A DNA stretch of 64,000 bases from Lama glama (taxonomy: Eukaryota). Below the pieces are notes generated by a model. That model saw nothing but the letters and a program-made list of their open reading frames with translations. It had not been told where the DNA came from and made no database searches. Position numbers and translations under genes: made by a program. Positions 37,636 to 52,224 of this stretch are shown here, piece after piece; within the stretch, counting starts at the first letter, position 1; the number at the start of each line of letters is the position of its first letter. The stretch spans positions 47,990,001-48,054,000 of the forward strand of contig CM052816.1 of the NCBI GenBank assembly GCA_028534125.1, read 5' to 3'.

Positions 37636-40569
37636 TGATTTTTAATATATAAAATTAGTTATTAAAGATAATGGCTAATTAAGATTGTCAATATATTTTC
37701 ATCAATTTCTGTGCTCTCCTTAGGTTATTATATTACATGGTTCTGAAGACAGTACACATTTAAATGTCAGTGCGACATTTATCTGAATGCTTACTGTCTT
37801 GTAGATATAGGCAAGGCGTAGCGTATTTGGGAACGTAAGCAAATTGAAAACAGAAGAAATACCCTGTGGAACACATCTATTTAAGTTTTAAAAAGTGGAA
37901 GTTTGATAGTGAATGATTTCATTTGAAGGTTTGGATAACAGCCTTTTCCTTTTTTTACTTACATACGATTATTTTAAAATATATTTAATGTCTTCATAGT
38001 GCATAATTTGGGAAATATGTCATTTTACATAATTACAGTTTTGCCATGCTATTACTTCAGATAAGAAAGTTGGGAGTGGACTTGATTATAATCATTGTCT
38101 CTAGAAAATTGTGCATCACTGACATTCAAATTGTAAGCAAAAATTCATTAGATTTATTTAGCCTTGTTCCTACTCAACCATATTGTCATGCTTGCACACA
38201 GATGATCTCAGCTTAAAATCAGAAAAAAAAAATCAGGCCTGATTGAAAAAATAAAAGGCCATAGTATAAAAGGAATGATGTTTCCAGAGTTAGTTCAACT
38301 CCTTCCTGACTCAAATAAGCAATTTTCTTTTATGTTCACAAACAGTAGGGCTGAAATTGCTTTGTTCTTCTCCAAAATAATAGCTACTAGATTTGCATTC
38401 TTGCTTTTTTTTTTATCGTGCTGTGTTTATGCCAAAACAAGAGAGGAAGCAAATAGTTCATTTAGCCTAAATATATTTATGGTTTTTTAAAAATCCATTT
38501 GTATGTTTAGCTGCCATATCTGTTTCTTCAATTAAATTCAGCAAATGTTTGCCTATTCATTATATATAAAAAACTCAAAGACATCATCTAATATATAAAG
38601 ACTCAATACTACCTTCAAGCCATTTTTGGTTATCTCTAATAATTCTAGGTGCTCAGGAGAAAAGGAAGTAAACCTGTCTTCTTGGCTGGCATACACAATT
38701 AAAGCATTGATATGAAATTACTTCAATTCTGAAAGTGGGAAATAAAAGTTCTATAGTTTTTTATAAATGTAAATCAGCCTACTTTCTAACAAAATGATCT
38801 TCTTCTACTGAGCTACTCAGTGAGAATGATACAGCGATCACTTTTCAAATGACTGTTTACAAGATAATGCTTCTTATATTCTTTTGATGGTAAACAGATG
38901 GTGCCATGTGCAAACATAGTTTCTTACAACTGTCAAATGAGCCTTAAGATTGCATGCTTTCCCATGTATGAAGCCAACTCTTATATAACATAAAGGAGAT
39001 GCCTTCAGAATGCTGACTGATTTATAAATATATACATTTTAAATATCTTGGAGTGATTATATATTTAACTTTGGCTCAAGCAGGGTAAGAGCATTTATAT
39101 AGACTTGCCATATGAGTCTATAAGAACAACAATAAACCATCACCACTTAGGGTGGATGTCTTTCATTTTGTTTACTGAGCCCTACTTCTGCTGGGGTAAG
39201 ACAAAACTGAAAAACAATGCCATTTCCAAAATACACTACCTGTGTCAGTAAGGAAAATCAGAAGGTTTAAAAAATTAGGATTGACATTCAACTTTTTGCT
39301 TAATATCCTGTCTTAATACACTAGGGTACTTAGTATGGAATATAATGTGAAGCTTGGCTTTCCATTTGAAGCCAGAATTCTTTTCTTTAAAAGAAACTCA
39401 TTCGCAGATCACTGAACTACCGGAATGTTGAAAACCCCAGTTCAGAAATGAGTTTCTATTTTTTGTGTGAGAAAATACCTTTATCTTTATCTGGCAGACC
39501 TTCTTTTACTGTCAACCCTTAAATGTATATACTCATGTGTGCTCATACACACTCATACAGTCACAAAAATACAGAGCCCCTGACAATTCAATCACCTTAA
39601 TGGATATATATGTGGGATTTCAAGTGGAAAATATTTGAGAAAAGAAACTTTAAACTGAGAAAAAGAGATGGTTCTGCTTCATATTGTCATTCAGTGATTC
39701 AAGCTTCTTCACCAGCAACAAAGGCCCTTGTGTCTTCCAGAGTCCTCTGCACCTAACTTAGGGTATGAGAAGTTTTGGAGGGCCAGGGCTAAAAGAATAT
39801 TTCTCTTCTGCCTTCATTGTCTCAGATCCACATAGTATCTCCTAATCTCAGGGAATATAGGATAGGTAGACTGGAAGAAACTGGAGATGGAGGAAAGAGA
39901 GTTGCTGGAGGTGAGAAGCCAATTAAGAGAGTAATTCAATGGTCCAGAGTTGCCGAATATTTAGAACCTGGTTGTATAGAGGGCTAGGGAAAAAATTCTC
40001 AACTCATATTTCTACTCACAGCATTTTAAAGTGACAACATTTCTAATTCAGGGGTGCTATTATAATATTGTGAATATAATATAATGTGAATAAAATAAGA
40101 CGTGGTTTGTGAAAATGATAAAGAAAGGCATTTTTGCATTAGAATATATATAGCCTGAGTTTACCATCATTAACCTCAGTAGATAAAGGCAGAGAAGAGT
40201 TAAAACTAAAAATATTAAGCAGTCACTTGGTTTTCAGTAATACTAAGAACCATCTATCAAGGCAGGGAGCTTTTAGCATAGAATATAAATAACAGAGATA
40301 TGCCATGTACGTATGTGGAAAAGATCTCTATCCGAACACGGAAGTCCAAGAGCTTGGATAAATAGTCTAATTTATCACAATTACATGTATTTGAAAGAAT
40401 GAAAACAATGAGAAAGGGGCAAGTTTACATATTGCTTTCTATCTCCCAGTAGGGTAAGGAGCACCACAATGTGAACTCATTTGCTACAAGCTCAGGAAGA
40501 TGTTTGCATCAGGCTTATCTCTCATATCTAGTTCCATTCTTAGAAAAAGCTAAGAAATCCATGAAGCAG

Positions 40570-40572
<3 letters not shown>

Positions 40573-40612
<40 letters not shown>
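40573..40612. repeat. Pure T40 homopolymer
   Basis: Direct count. Confidence 0.95.
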
Positions 40613-40615
<3 letters not shown>

Positions 40616-42609
40616 ACTCATACAACTAATTTTGCCATTGGCTAATGTTGTAGACATAAAGACAATTATGTGAAATCTTCCATTCTTGTTTTTTACCTGC
40701 ACTTGAGAACTGGAGGTGTACATAGATAATAGTATTGCCTGAGATAATTCGCTTAATGATTCATTCACTATGTGGTTTGGACACAAAAGTTTACTGAAGG
40801 AAATAAAACACTCAAATGACTAGAGTCATTAGTTAAGAGTAGCTGAGGGAAGAAATGTCAGGCAAGCTTCCATCAAGATCTCAGCCTAACATCAAAATGT
40901 ATGGACCTTAATTTGCCTAGAAGTTGCTTTAATACCCTAGAATCTATGGGAAACTCCCACCAATTCTCTCAGTCTGCATCAGTGAAGTGGTTTGCAAAAA
41001 CTTGCCAGGAAGCTGCTGTCAAACTCAGATCTGTCCATGCAACTGCCTGCATCTGCCTAAAGAAATTTCTTCAGCTCTCAAAATCTTGTGCTAGTACCTC
41101 TCACTGGAAAGCTCACACCTAGAACTAAATAGGGAAGGCGATTCTGTGAAATGTGAGCCTTGATTTCTCTTCTGAGTCACAAAAAAAGAGAGTGGTGATG
41201 ATGCCAGTTTGGCCACAGGCAACCAGCATTCTGGCTTTTTGATCTACTGGTTTCCGACTGGGCTTTAGATACACACTGTGAAGTTTCCCCTTTGCTTTGA
41301 TGGTCTAATCAGATGCTTTCTCTGGTTTACTGAGGAAACTGTACAACATTTCCCCAGCTCACACATAAGGGAAGTTTTCTGGAGATGAAGAGAAATGCAA
41401 TGAAGTTGAACTCTGGGAAACTCTAAGCTTGGATTGAGAGGCTGGTGCTCTTCCCATAGTATTTATTAATCAATTTAATATATGCTTGCTGAGTGCCTAC
41501 CATTAAAACATATCTCTGCAAGAGTTAGAAATACAGTGGAGAACCTGCAAACATACCTCCTGTATTCAAAGTGCTCACAGTTTGGTGGGGAAGCCAGACA
41601 ATATGGTAATTATGAATTGTTTTCTGTACAGATTTTGTTTTGTTTCTTATCTATTAGACTGTGAGGTACCTTAAGGTGAGAATGATGGCTGCCCATGTGT
41701 GGTGGCTCTGTAAAGAACATTTTCGTATTTATCTTGGTATCCTGGGCACCTACTGCATAACAGGTTCCTAATGATATGTTCCTAATGATATGTTGAACTG
41801 AGCTATTCTGCTACTCATTTCCCTAACGCGCTCCAGTCTCTATTAGTATTATTATTTTTATTATTATTTTACTCCCAGGGCAAATTTTCAACCCACAGTT
41901 ATCTTAGGAATTTAAAAATATTTCTCATCTGGTTTTATTAACTTCATTTAAAGTGCACAGTGCTTTGCGTTTTTGTAAGTCTAATGGGCCCTGTTTGTTG
42001 ATTTATTGGAATGATGTTTTATTTCATTTTCACACAGTTTTAAAGCTATTATTAATTATTTCCCCCTCTCCACCTCCCTACATTGAAGACATTTGTATTT
42101 TATGTGGTTATATTCACGGAGTCTCTTAATGGGACATCAATAATATGTATTTCAATTGACTTTCCCTGACAGCAATGCCAGAGTGATTCTAAGGAAACAA
42201 CAAGCAGAAGAACAAAAATAAGAATGAGGGAGCAGAAATTAATTAAAATTTTCTCTGAAAAATATGACAACAACCCATTCTTTTGGCAATTTTATACAAG
42301 CTAAAAAATTATATGAAATTATATACATTAAAACATAAATTTATAATCAATAAAGATGCTTACGTAGATATTTTTCTTATATCGTGTTTTCATTCATTTG
42401 AATTGTTTTCATTAAGGTGAAATAAATACTCAGTCCTTCCCTGTTCATGCTCATTTATGGCAATTACAGTCTGGCAATTTTATTATTAAATATCACGAAT
42501 ATCAATATGACATAGTATCCGTGTATATATTTACATGTGTATGTAACAATTAGGTACATATAAGTGTATAATACTTATAATTGTTACATAAAAGAGTCAA
42601 AGATATCCA

Positions 42610-43104
42610 CCATGTTGTGGCCCCTGGGTTGTTTATTTCTTCACTGCAAGTTGAAACATGATGGCTTAAAAGCCCACTGGTGCCACACTCAAATTTTCAC
42701 ACATCCAATTATTTTTAAAGTAGCCCAAATAGATTTTTAACCATTTAGAGCCTTCCTGCTCTGTGTACTCTGAGCAAACTTACCCAACTTCTTCTGGCCA
42801 CTGATAAGATAGAGCCTAGTGGTTATAAGACCCCAAGCTTCTGTGACCCATTTCAGTCCTCTGACTCAGAAACTCCCAGCCATGGTGTTGAGCAGCATTA
42901 CCTAGACATGTTAGCCTCCTCTGTTACCCTCCTCACCCCCAACAGTTACCTTGTCCTCCTCACCATGTGCCTCTGGATAATCTAACGCTGTGAGTCTTCC
43001 CTCTCACACACGCAACTCTGTTCAAGAGTAGCCCAATAAAGCTTGTGTATGCTACATTGTTATCCTTTCCCTAGATCAGCCCCCAAATCCTTCCATCCCC
43101 TAAA
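42610..43104 (+). mobile_element. ERVL solo LTR (MER74-like)
   Basis: tagcccaaatagatttttaaccatttagagcct..tataagaccc..cccaataaagcttgtgt. Confidence 0.6.
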
Positions 43105-43973
43105 ATAATTATAACTATAATACTTACATATAAAGATTATGTAGCCTACAGTCATTCGTGATAATTTTATTTTCATGGAAATTGGGGTTACAAACCCTGT
43201 TATTAAAACAAATACATAAATATTTTTTAATAAAATGGTTAATAGTCAGCTTTACATTGTTATTTAAATAAATACAGGAGAATCCTTCTTATATGAGATG
43301 GTTATGATCCCTAGTTGTGCAAGTAACCAAAAAAGTTGACTCTTCAGTTAAAATGATATACATTATTAAACATTTTATTTTAACTTAAAACATAAGCATA
43401 TACTTTACTCATTTATATTCAGATGTAGGGTTGAGGCATCTTTCTGAGTACATCTCTACCGACTGCAGTTTCACTTTTTTTTTCTTACATTTGCTGCATT
43501 CTTAAAACATCATCAATAATTTTCGGTTTCTGTTTTATTCAAGTGGAGTGAGAACTTGGACTCTTATGAGGCAATTTGTGGGTAGAATCTTTCTGGATGT
43601 TCTAAGTTTGACTTTCATTCTTTTGTAGTTGCCTCGGTCACAACTAATTAATTCAGAAACAATTTTGTTATATGATCCTTTTACTGAGTCTTTTCAAACA
43701 TAATTGATATTGGACACAAAACTGTTTTAGACTTTTCAAACTCCTACTTCATGGGTCTGTATAATATTTAGATACATTATTTAATTAGCAATTATAACTG
43801 GTATAAAAAGATCTTAAAATTATCATAAATGACTCTTAGTTGGTCATTTTACCACTTAAATGGTGGTAGCAAAATTAGAGGTAGCCTTTTGCCGTAGGAG
43901 TAACCCTTACCAATAAGCATTAAGAGTTAGTTTTCATAGAGGGGACTGAGAATAGCCTGTTATTTTAGAACAC

Positions 43974-44348
43974 TATTAAGGACTGAATTGTGTCTCCCCC
44001 AAATTCATATATTAAAGCCCTAATGTGACTCTATTTGGAAGATAATAACTTCTAATGAGGTAATTAAGGTTAAATGAGATCTTAGGGACGGGGGTCCAAT
44101 CCAATAGAACTGATGTCCATATAAAAAAAGAGACACCAGATGTGCAGGAGCACAGAGAAAAGGCTGGGTGAGAACTCAGTGAGAAGACGGTTGTCTGTAA
44201 GCTAGGAAGAGACAACTTGCCAGAAATCAACTCTGCTGGCATTTGGTCTTGGACTTCCAGCCTCTAGAACTGTAAGAAAATAAATTTCTGTTGTTTAAGC
44301 CACCCAGTCTGTGGTGTTTTGTTATGGCAGCCCTGGAAGATTAATATA
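43974..44348 (+). mobile_element. MLT1B-like solo LTR with perfect 5-bp TSD
   Basis: ggactgaattgtgtctcccccaaattcatat..ttggacttccagcctctagaactgtaagaaaataaatttctgttgtttaagccaccc; AACAC at 43969-43973 and 44349-44353. Confidence 0.9.
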
Positions 44349-45384
44349 AACACTGAGAATCAGTATGATTTACATGGGAATGGAGGTCCCTCTGAATTTA
44401 GTTGAGTTCAATTAAGAGGATTTCTATTGTATTAATAAGTATCTCAATATGGTTAACTGGTTGTCAGTGCTGTGCCACTCCCTTCTGGCATGAAATTCAC
44501 ATTCTTTTATTTTTGTCCTTCAAAGTGTCTTTGATTCATCTGGTCAGGAAATACATCTGGGAAATGTTTTCTGCACTCTTACATATCCACTATCTTTCTG
44601 CTGCCTTCACTCATGAATTGACAGTTTTCCTAGAACAGATTCTTGAATAACTTCTCCAACCTTTGATAATATTGCCTTACAGTCTCCTGGCCTTTAGTGT
44701 TGCAGAACAATTTGGGCCAATTGTGTCTTATTTCTTTGTACATTATTATTTTTTTCCCTAGATGGCTGTGGGATTCTTTCTTACCTTTTAACTGTGACAA
44801 TTCCACTAGATATGTTTTGATGCTGTTTTCTTTTTATTGACTTCCTGAAATAGACAGCTTACTCTCAGATTGCAGAATGAGGTTTTATTAGATGAAGAAA
44901 GTTTCCCATTATTTATTTAATTATTGTTTCTGCTCCATCTATTCTTATATACTTTGATTAAGCTTTGGCAATCTGTTTTCCATATGGTTTATTTTCTTTC
45001 TTCTCATTTTAATTATTTTATTCCTTCCTTTTATGTTTTAGAAGATTTTCTTCTGCATCATTAATTTGATTTTCTTAACATCTAATACGCTTTCCACTTC
45101 ATTACATATAAAATTCAGAAACCATTATTTAGAAATACTTAAAACATGTTCAGTTATTGCTTATCTTAACTTTCCATTTTACTGGTAATTTAGTCTGTAT
45201 TCATATGTGCAGTACCTCTGTGTGAATATAAAAGAAATGGTTTAAAATGTTTTTTGTTCTTATAGTCTATTTTGAAGAAAAACAATTCATAATATTTACA
45301 GAAGTGAAGACTGCATTCTTTTAAATTCAGAATTTCCCCATGGCCTGTGATGCTTCTGTCTTCACTTGTTCTCATAAGGAACAA

Positions 45385-45595
45385 TCTATTCCAGCTCTGC
45401 AACTGACAAGCTGGATGATCTTTGATAAACTATCTCAATCCTTTGTACCTAAATGCCCCTATTACAAAACGGGATTGATAATAACAGTGTTCATCTCATA
45501 GAGTTATTTCAAAGATAAAGTTTATCAATACATTTTTCTTCATCTTCTTAGCTATGAAGAGTACTTGGCATATAGTGGAAATTCAATAATCATTA
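45385..45595 (+). mobile_element. MIR SINE
   Basis: ccagctctgcaactgacaagctggatgatctttg..gataataacagt..ctcatagagttatt. Confidence 0.65.
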
Positions 45596-47699
45596 CATTG
45601 AAATAAAAGAACAAGAAAGGTTGGTTTCCAAGAGAAAAAAATCCATTGCTCATTCTAACTTGTTCTGTAGGAGTAGTTCTTTTCCACTAGGGCAGGTCCC
45701 ATGACTTTTCTGGTCGCTCTATGTTAGTTAAAACAATTTTCTGGCAATTTTAATCACAGAATCTCCTTTTAAGAACTGAAATGTTTATAAATGCTTTAAA
45801 GTTAAAGCTTCCCCTTTCCCTCAGTTTGAGCCTTCTTCAGGCTCAATGTCCATAGTGGGAAAGGTAGTATCATCAGCATCTTTCATATTTCCTGGGCCAT
45901 GTGGTCGTCCTCCTCCCTCCGTGCTTACTGTTCCAGTTTCTGATCATTCCAGGATTGGAGCTTGAGACTACAGAGGGTGAGTAAGGAGAACTAACATGAA
46001 GGGAAAGTCTTAACTAGTTGCTCCTAATATGATCTGGATTGAAACTTTCTGGGCATATTGATGCTCAAAACTGACTTGCTTTCTTGGAAAGCAGTTTTGG
46101 ATTCCTGAGAAGCTGCCCACGAGCACTGCTGCACTGCAGGTTTCACCAGCTTGGACATGGAATTCTACTTTAAAACTCTCTTGCCTTCCCACCCCTCCTC
46201 AGATCCAGGAGTTTGCTAGGGTCCCCTCACTTTGTCAGGTCAGAACCATTTCAGTGGTCCTTTAAGATAACTCAAGCAGAGTGACCTTTCAGTTCCTGGA
46301 AACTCCCCCATCCTTGTCTTGCCAAACAGTGGCAGGAGTCTACAATGCAGACATTATTACAATCTGCCCCCTCCCTTCAATCCTCATCCTGTTTGAGTTC
46401 CTGGAAGAGAGAGGGTTTTAATTAAAAACTGACAGATCCACTATGACAGGCAGAAGCTGTTTGGACTCTCATGGCAGATCATATACCAAGAAGTAAGAGA
46501 AGAATTCTAATCCTCTTTGCCAGGGCCATGGTGCAGCTTTGGCACCTCATGCTCTCCATAGCTTCAATGGCATTGCCTTAGACAGGAGTGTACTGTCTCG
46601 AAGAAGATGGTGAAGACTCTGGTGCTAGACCCTGGAAGCAGGGGTCCTTGACAGACAGGAGATAAGCAGCAGCTTTGGTTGTTACATTGTGGAGTGTGCA
46701 GGGCTGAAACAGTAAGACTCAGTTGTGATCATCAATGCAGCAACGACAAGTGAAAAATTCAGGGGTACCCGATAGTAATGATGGCACCATGGGGGAGAGT
46801 TTACAATGCTCAGTAAGCCCCCAAGTGAGTCATCAATATTACTACTATTTATGTTGAACCATATAGCTGTTAAGGTGCTTCAGAAAAATGGGTTATATAT
46901 GAATTTCAATAACCTTTGAATACTACACAAAGTAGATAATGGTATGTTAAAAATTCACATACAGTCACAATTCAGGATGAGAGACTGTGGCTACTTTAAA
47001 GTTAAAAGTTTTAGAAAGTTGTATTAATTTTCAGAATATCAGACTACTGCTTAGTAGTTCTAGTGTTACTGAAGAAAACAAAGCGTTAGTATAGCTTTCA
47101 GATTTTCCTGATTTTCAAAATATTATACTTAAGGAATTTCATACTAAGTGCTAAAAGTTTAAATTCTAAACACAAAAATGAAAATTTCTCTGCATTTCTT
47201 AACAGGAAGCATAACATTATAGATTTTAATAAACTACAACTAGAAGGAATTTGTGGTCTCATAAATTCTGTTTCTAGAATTTGAAAATTTTATATTATAT
47301 TGTTATAATAAGAAAATTTATCAGAAATTAAGATTACGGTTCTTAGGTCAACTCTTCTGGCAGTTTCATTACTTATTTGTTTTAAAATATATGTGATTCC
47401 TCCTAAATGGAGTGTGCTTTACTGACGTAACTAACTCATCACAATCATACCAAGCCATTAAAATCAGGCTCATATTCTCTTCCCTGAGAAACTTCTCTTG
47501 ACCATATTAACCAGTAATACATTCTCTTTCCTAAATCCAACTATAATCGTATGATACACTTGATTTCATAATATCTATTACAGGCTGCTCAGTAGTATAG
47601 ATGCTTCAATACCTATCTTTGCTCTATTACCAAATTTAAGAATGTTGTATCTTCCATGGTAGGTCTTTAACACTGGATATTGTTGACAGTTAATGATCA

Positions 47700-48330
47700 G
47701 CAACATTATCTAATATATAATTTTTGATCTGCTTATAGATAACTTGACTAAACAATAAAAATCAGCAAGTAAAATTTCAGATTTCTTATTTTTCAGAAGA
47801 GAGACAATATAATAGGAAAGTTGGCAAAGGATAGAAATAAGAATTTCATAAAAGAGAAAATCCAAATGGTCATTAACTGTATTTGAAAGAGTACCAAACC
47901 CACTGAACTTCTGGGAAATGAAAATGAAAGTCACAATGCAAGATTACTCCCCACTCAATAGACTGGCAAAACTGAAAAAGGATGATAGCATGACCTCTGG
48001 CAGTGATGTGGGCAAAATGCTACTTTATGACCTTGCTGTGGAAGAGGTGAGATTGAATGCCTTCTTAGAAAGTTATATGACAACATATTAAGAGTAAAAA
48101 ATATATATACCTTTTGATTAAGCAATTTCACTTTTGGGAATGTATATAGAAATAAAAACAAAAATACTGCAAGATTGATTACTACTGTATTTTTGTAGTG
48201 GGAAAAGCTGAAAATAAAGTAAATGCTCATTGATAGGGGAATGGATAAATACATTTTAATATATCACTTGAAATTATCCTGCCATTAAGAGTTAGTTCTA
48301 TAACTTTTGGCTCATAAAATCATGTTCAAA
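47700..48330 (+). mobile_element. Old L1ME-like ORF2 end and 3' UTR
   Basis: tccaaatggtcattaa..gaaatgaaaatgaaagtcacaatg..agcaatttcacttttgggaat..gaatggataaat. Confidence 0.75.
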
Positions 48331-49707
48331 ATTACATGAAAAAAGATTCCTTAGGATTGGTCATAGATGAGTCTATAAGGTGAAGATCATCCTTGGCCAT
48401 CCCAAGTCACTAGCTCTCACTGACCCTAACCTCTTCTAGTATTTGTTTGTATCATCTAGGATTTGATAATATGCTGCTTTATATTTCTAGCTAGCTATTT
48501 TAATGTATATATCTTACCTCCTTAAGTCCCTTGATATTTTGTTTTCTCTTCACAATGTTAAGGCTTACTTTTTGTGCATAGTAGTAGACAGGAAATCTTC
48601 TTTGATAGACTGGTTATTTCCCTGAGTGAAACTTGTTAATAGACAACAGGCCTGAAAACTTGGCATTTGTCAGTAGAGCTGTTCCCTATTCTTGTCCCAT
48701 TGTGCACTGAGGGGTATAGTTACTGTATTCAATTATTCAATCAGTTTGCTGAAAACTTGAAGAGTCTATTTGTTATAACATAATAAAAATGTTAAGCCAT
48801 TGCCATTAATAAATAACAGAACATATGTGTCTGCTTTCCAGTAGCAAGCAGAGTTTAAGTGAGTATACGTGTCTTTCAAGATTAGGTAAATCACAACAGA
48901 CAGGAAAAATTATGCCATAGCTTATACAATCAGATCAAAACAACAGTCATTTTCTCCACCAATGATTCCTATTAAATGAACTGTATACTAACAGTTTCCA
49001 ATAATGAGTTGGGTTTAATAAATTATGTACTCTTTATAACTTTTTAATGTACACCCTTCCAAGACTAGCCTGTCCCCAGAAGGGAATTTATCAAACAGCT
49101 TCTGCACATCAGAAATAGAAGCAAAATGAATGAAATTGGAGTGGCTGAAGCATAACTAGTGGTAATGGGATTGGTCTTGCTTCACTTTCTCTGTCACCCA
49201 CCAGACATGAGAAACCTCCCAAAGTGGCTCAGTGTTATCTTTTTTCCTGAGTTTTTGTTTCTCCTGTAAGTATTAGATATTGGCTACAGACAACAATAGG
49301 ATAGTGTTTATGATTGATCTGTGCACTTCTTTGTTGCACCAAAACTTTTATGTCTAAAATATTGTATGTAAAATGAAGCCACTGAGAACACACACACACA
49401 CCCCTAAAGTTAAATATGAGAAACCAAAGACAATTTATCCAACAATTCCTTTTAATTTTTGATGTTGGTAGTATAGCAAAGGAAAATTAAAGGATAAACA
49501 AATCAAAAATGCTATTAGAGATCTGTTTAAGTTTTGACAAGCCATCCAGAAAAAGTAGATTCTATTGGCTAGGACTCGCTTAATAAACATAACATTTGCA
49601 TGTGCGTTCTAAACCAAATATCTAAAGTCACCCTTTTTTATTATCCACTTTATTAAATTGTCAATCTGGTGAACAGGCTTCTTTCCATTCAAAGATAAAT
49701 TTGATCT

Positions 49708-51913
49708 AAACATACTTTGACATGATAAAGGCCATCTATGACAAACCCACAGTGAAGATCATACTCAACTGTGAAAAGCTAAAAGCATTTCCTCTAAGAT
49801 TAGTAGCAAGACAAGGATCCCACACTTGCCACTTTTTTTCAACATAGTTTTGGAAGTCCTAGCCACAGCAATCACATAAGAAAACCAAATAAAAGGAATC
49901 AAATTGGAAAGGAAGAAGTAAAACTATCACTGTCTGCAGATGACATGATACTATACATAGAAAATCCCAAAGATGCAACCAGAAAACTACTAGAGCTCAT
50001 CAATGAATCTGATCAAACTTCAGGATACAAAATTAATATATAGAATCTGCTGCATTTCTATACAGTAACAATGAACTCTCAGAAATAGAAATTAGGGAAA
50101 CAATTCCATTGACCATTGCACCAAAAAGAATGAAATACCTAGAAATAAACCTACCTCAAGGCAGAAGACCTGTACTCTGAAAAAATATAAGATGCTGGTG
50201 AAAGAAATTGAAGACAGTATAAACAGATGAAAAGATATACCATGTTCTTGGGTTGGAAGAATCAATATTGTTAAAATGGCCACACTACCCAAGGTGATAT
50301 ACAAATTCAATGCAATACCTATCAAGTTACCAATAGCATTTTCACAGAACTGTAACAAAAAATTTAAAAATTTGTATGGAAACACAAAAGACCCTGAATA
50401 GCCAAAACAATCTTGAGAAAGAAGAACAGAGCTGGAGAAATCATGCATCCTGCCTTCAGACTATACTACAAAGCTACAGTAATCAAAACATTATGGTACA
50501 GGCACATAGGAAACAGATACATAGATCATTAGAACAGGATAGAAAGCTCAGAAATAAACCCACACACTTATAGTCAATCTATGACAAAAGAGGCAAAAAT
50601 ATACAATGTAGAAAAAACAGTCTCTTCAATAAGTGATGCTGGGAAAACTGGAGAGCTACATGTAAAAGAATGAAACTAGAACATTCTCTAACACTATATA
50701 CTCAAAATGGATTAAAGACCTAAATGTAAGACTGTATACTATAAAGCTCCTAGAGGAAAACATAGGTAGAACACTCTTTGACATAGATTGAAGCAATATT
50801 ATTTTGGGTCTGTTTCCTAGAGTAATAGAAACAGAAGCAAAAATAAACAAATGGGACCTCATTAAACTTACAAGCTTTTGCACAGCAAAGAAAAACCATA
50901 AACAAAACAAAAAGACAATCTATCGAATGGGAGAAAATATTTGCAAATGATGTGACTGTTAAAGGATTAATTATACAAACAACTCATGCAGCTCAATATC
51001 AAGGAAAAAAACAACCCAATCAAAAATGAGCAGAAGATATAAATTGACATTTTATCACAGAAGGCATATAGATGGCCAACAGGCACATGAAAAAGATGCT
51101 CAAAAATGCTAACTTTTCGGGAAATGCAAATTCAAACTATGAGGAATCACCTCACATAGGCCAGAATGGCCATTATCAAAAAGTCTACAAATAGTAAATA
51201 CTGGAGAGTGTGTGGAGAAAAAGAACCTTCCTACACTGTCAGTGGGAATGTAAATTGGTACAGCCACTATGGAGAATAGTATGGAGTTTCCTTTAAGAAC
51301 TAAAAACTGAGTTATTATATGATTCAGCAAACCCACTCCTGGGCATATATTCAGAAAAGATGAAAACTGTACTTTGAAAAGATACATGCACCCCAATGTT
51401 CATAGCAGCACTATTTACAATAGCCAAGACATGGAAACAACCTAAATGTCCATCTACAGGAATAATGGAATATTACTCAGCTATAAAAAAAGAATGAAAT
51501 CATGCCTTTTGCAGCAACATGGATGAACCTAGAGATTACCACAAGGTGAAGTAAGTCAGATAGAGAAAGGCAGGTATCATATGATATCACTTATATGTGG
51601 AATCTAAAAAATGATACAAATGACCTTATTTTCACAACAGAAATTGACTCACAGACATAGAAAACAAACTTACAGTTACCAAAGGGGGACGAAGGGAAGG
51701 GATAATTTAAGAATTTGGGATTAACAGATACACACTACTATATATAAAATAGATAAATAAAAAAACAACTACCTACTGTAAAGCACAGGAAGCTATATTC
51801 AATATGTTGTAATAACCTATAATGGTCAAGAATTTGAAAAAGAATATATATATGTATGTAACTGAATTACTTTGCTGCAACTGAAACATTTTAAATCAAC
51901 TATACTCCAATTA
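49708..51913 (+). mobile_element. 5'-truncated L1 (~2.2 kb; ORF2 RT to 3' UTR), inactivated
   Basis: RT core SADDMI at 49933-49950, many stops and frameshifts, short A tail; TSD AAAGATAAATTTGATCT (49691-49707) / AAAAATAAACTTGATCT (51914-51930). Confidence 0.95.
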
Positions 51914-52224
51914 AAAAATAAACTTGATCTTTGTGAAGATACTATATAATTAATCTCATCCATTTTGCATCACTTTCCAGTGTGTAGAGAAAATATCCCG
52001 AATTTTATTGGAATTTGAAGAAGTATTCTTTACGGACTACATATAAATAGAAAATTTATTTTCAAAACATGACACTAAAGTGGAACATTTTTCAGTGGAG
52101 TAAGTGGTAAGACAGTCAATTTTTGCACTTCCTACCCAGTGTGATTAAGCCAACACTGATAATGTTGTTAAAAAAAAAAAAACATGTTACCATATCAGAA
52201 CTGTTAATGGAAACTTAGAGACAC

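Noticed and set aside
40550..40786. Poly-lysine ORF
   Set aside because: Artefact of the T40 run.
50092..51396. ORFs of 65-118 aa inside the L1
   Set aside because: Antisense or off-frame readings of a decayed ORF2.
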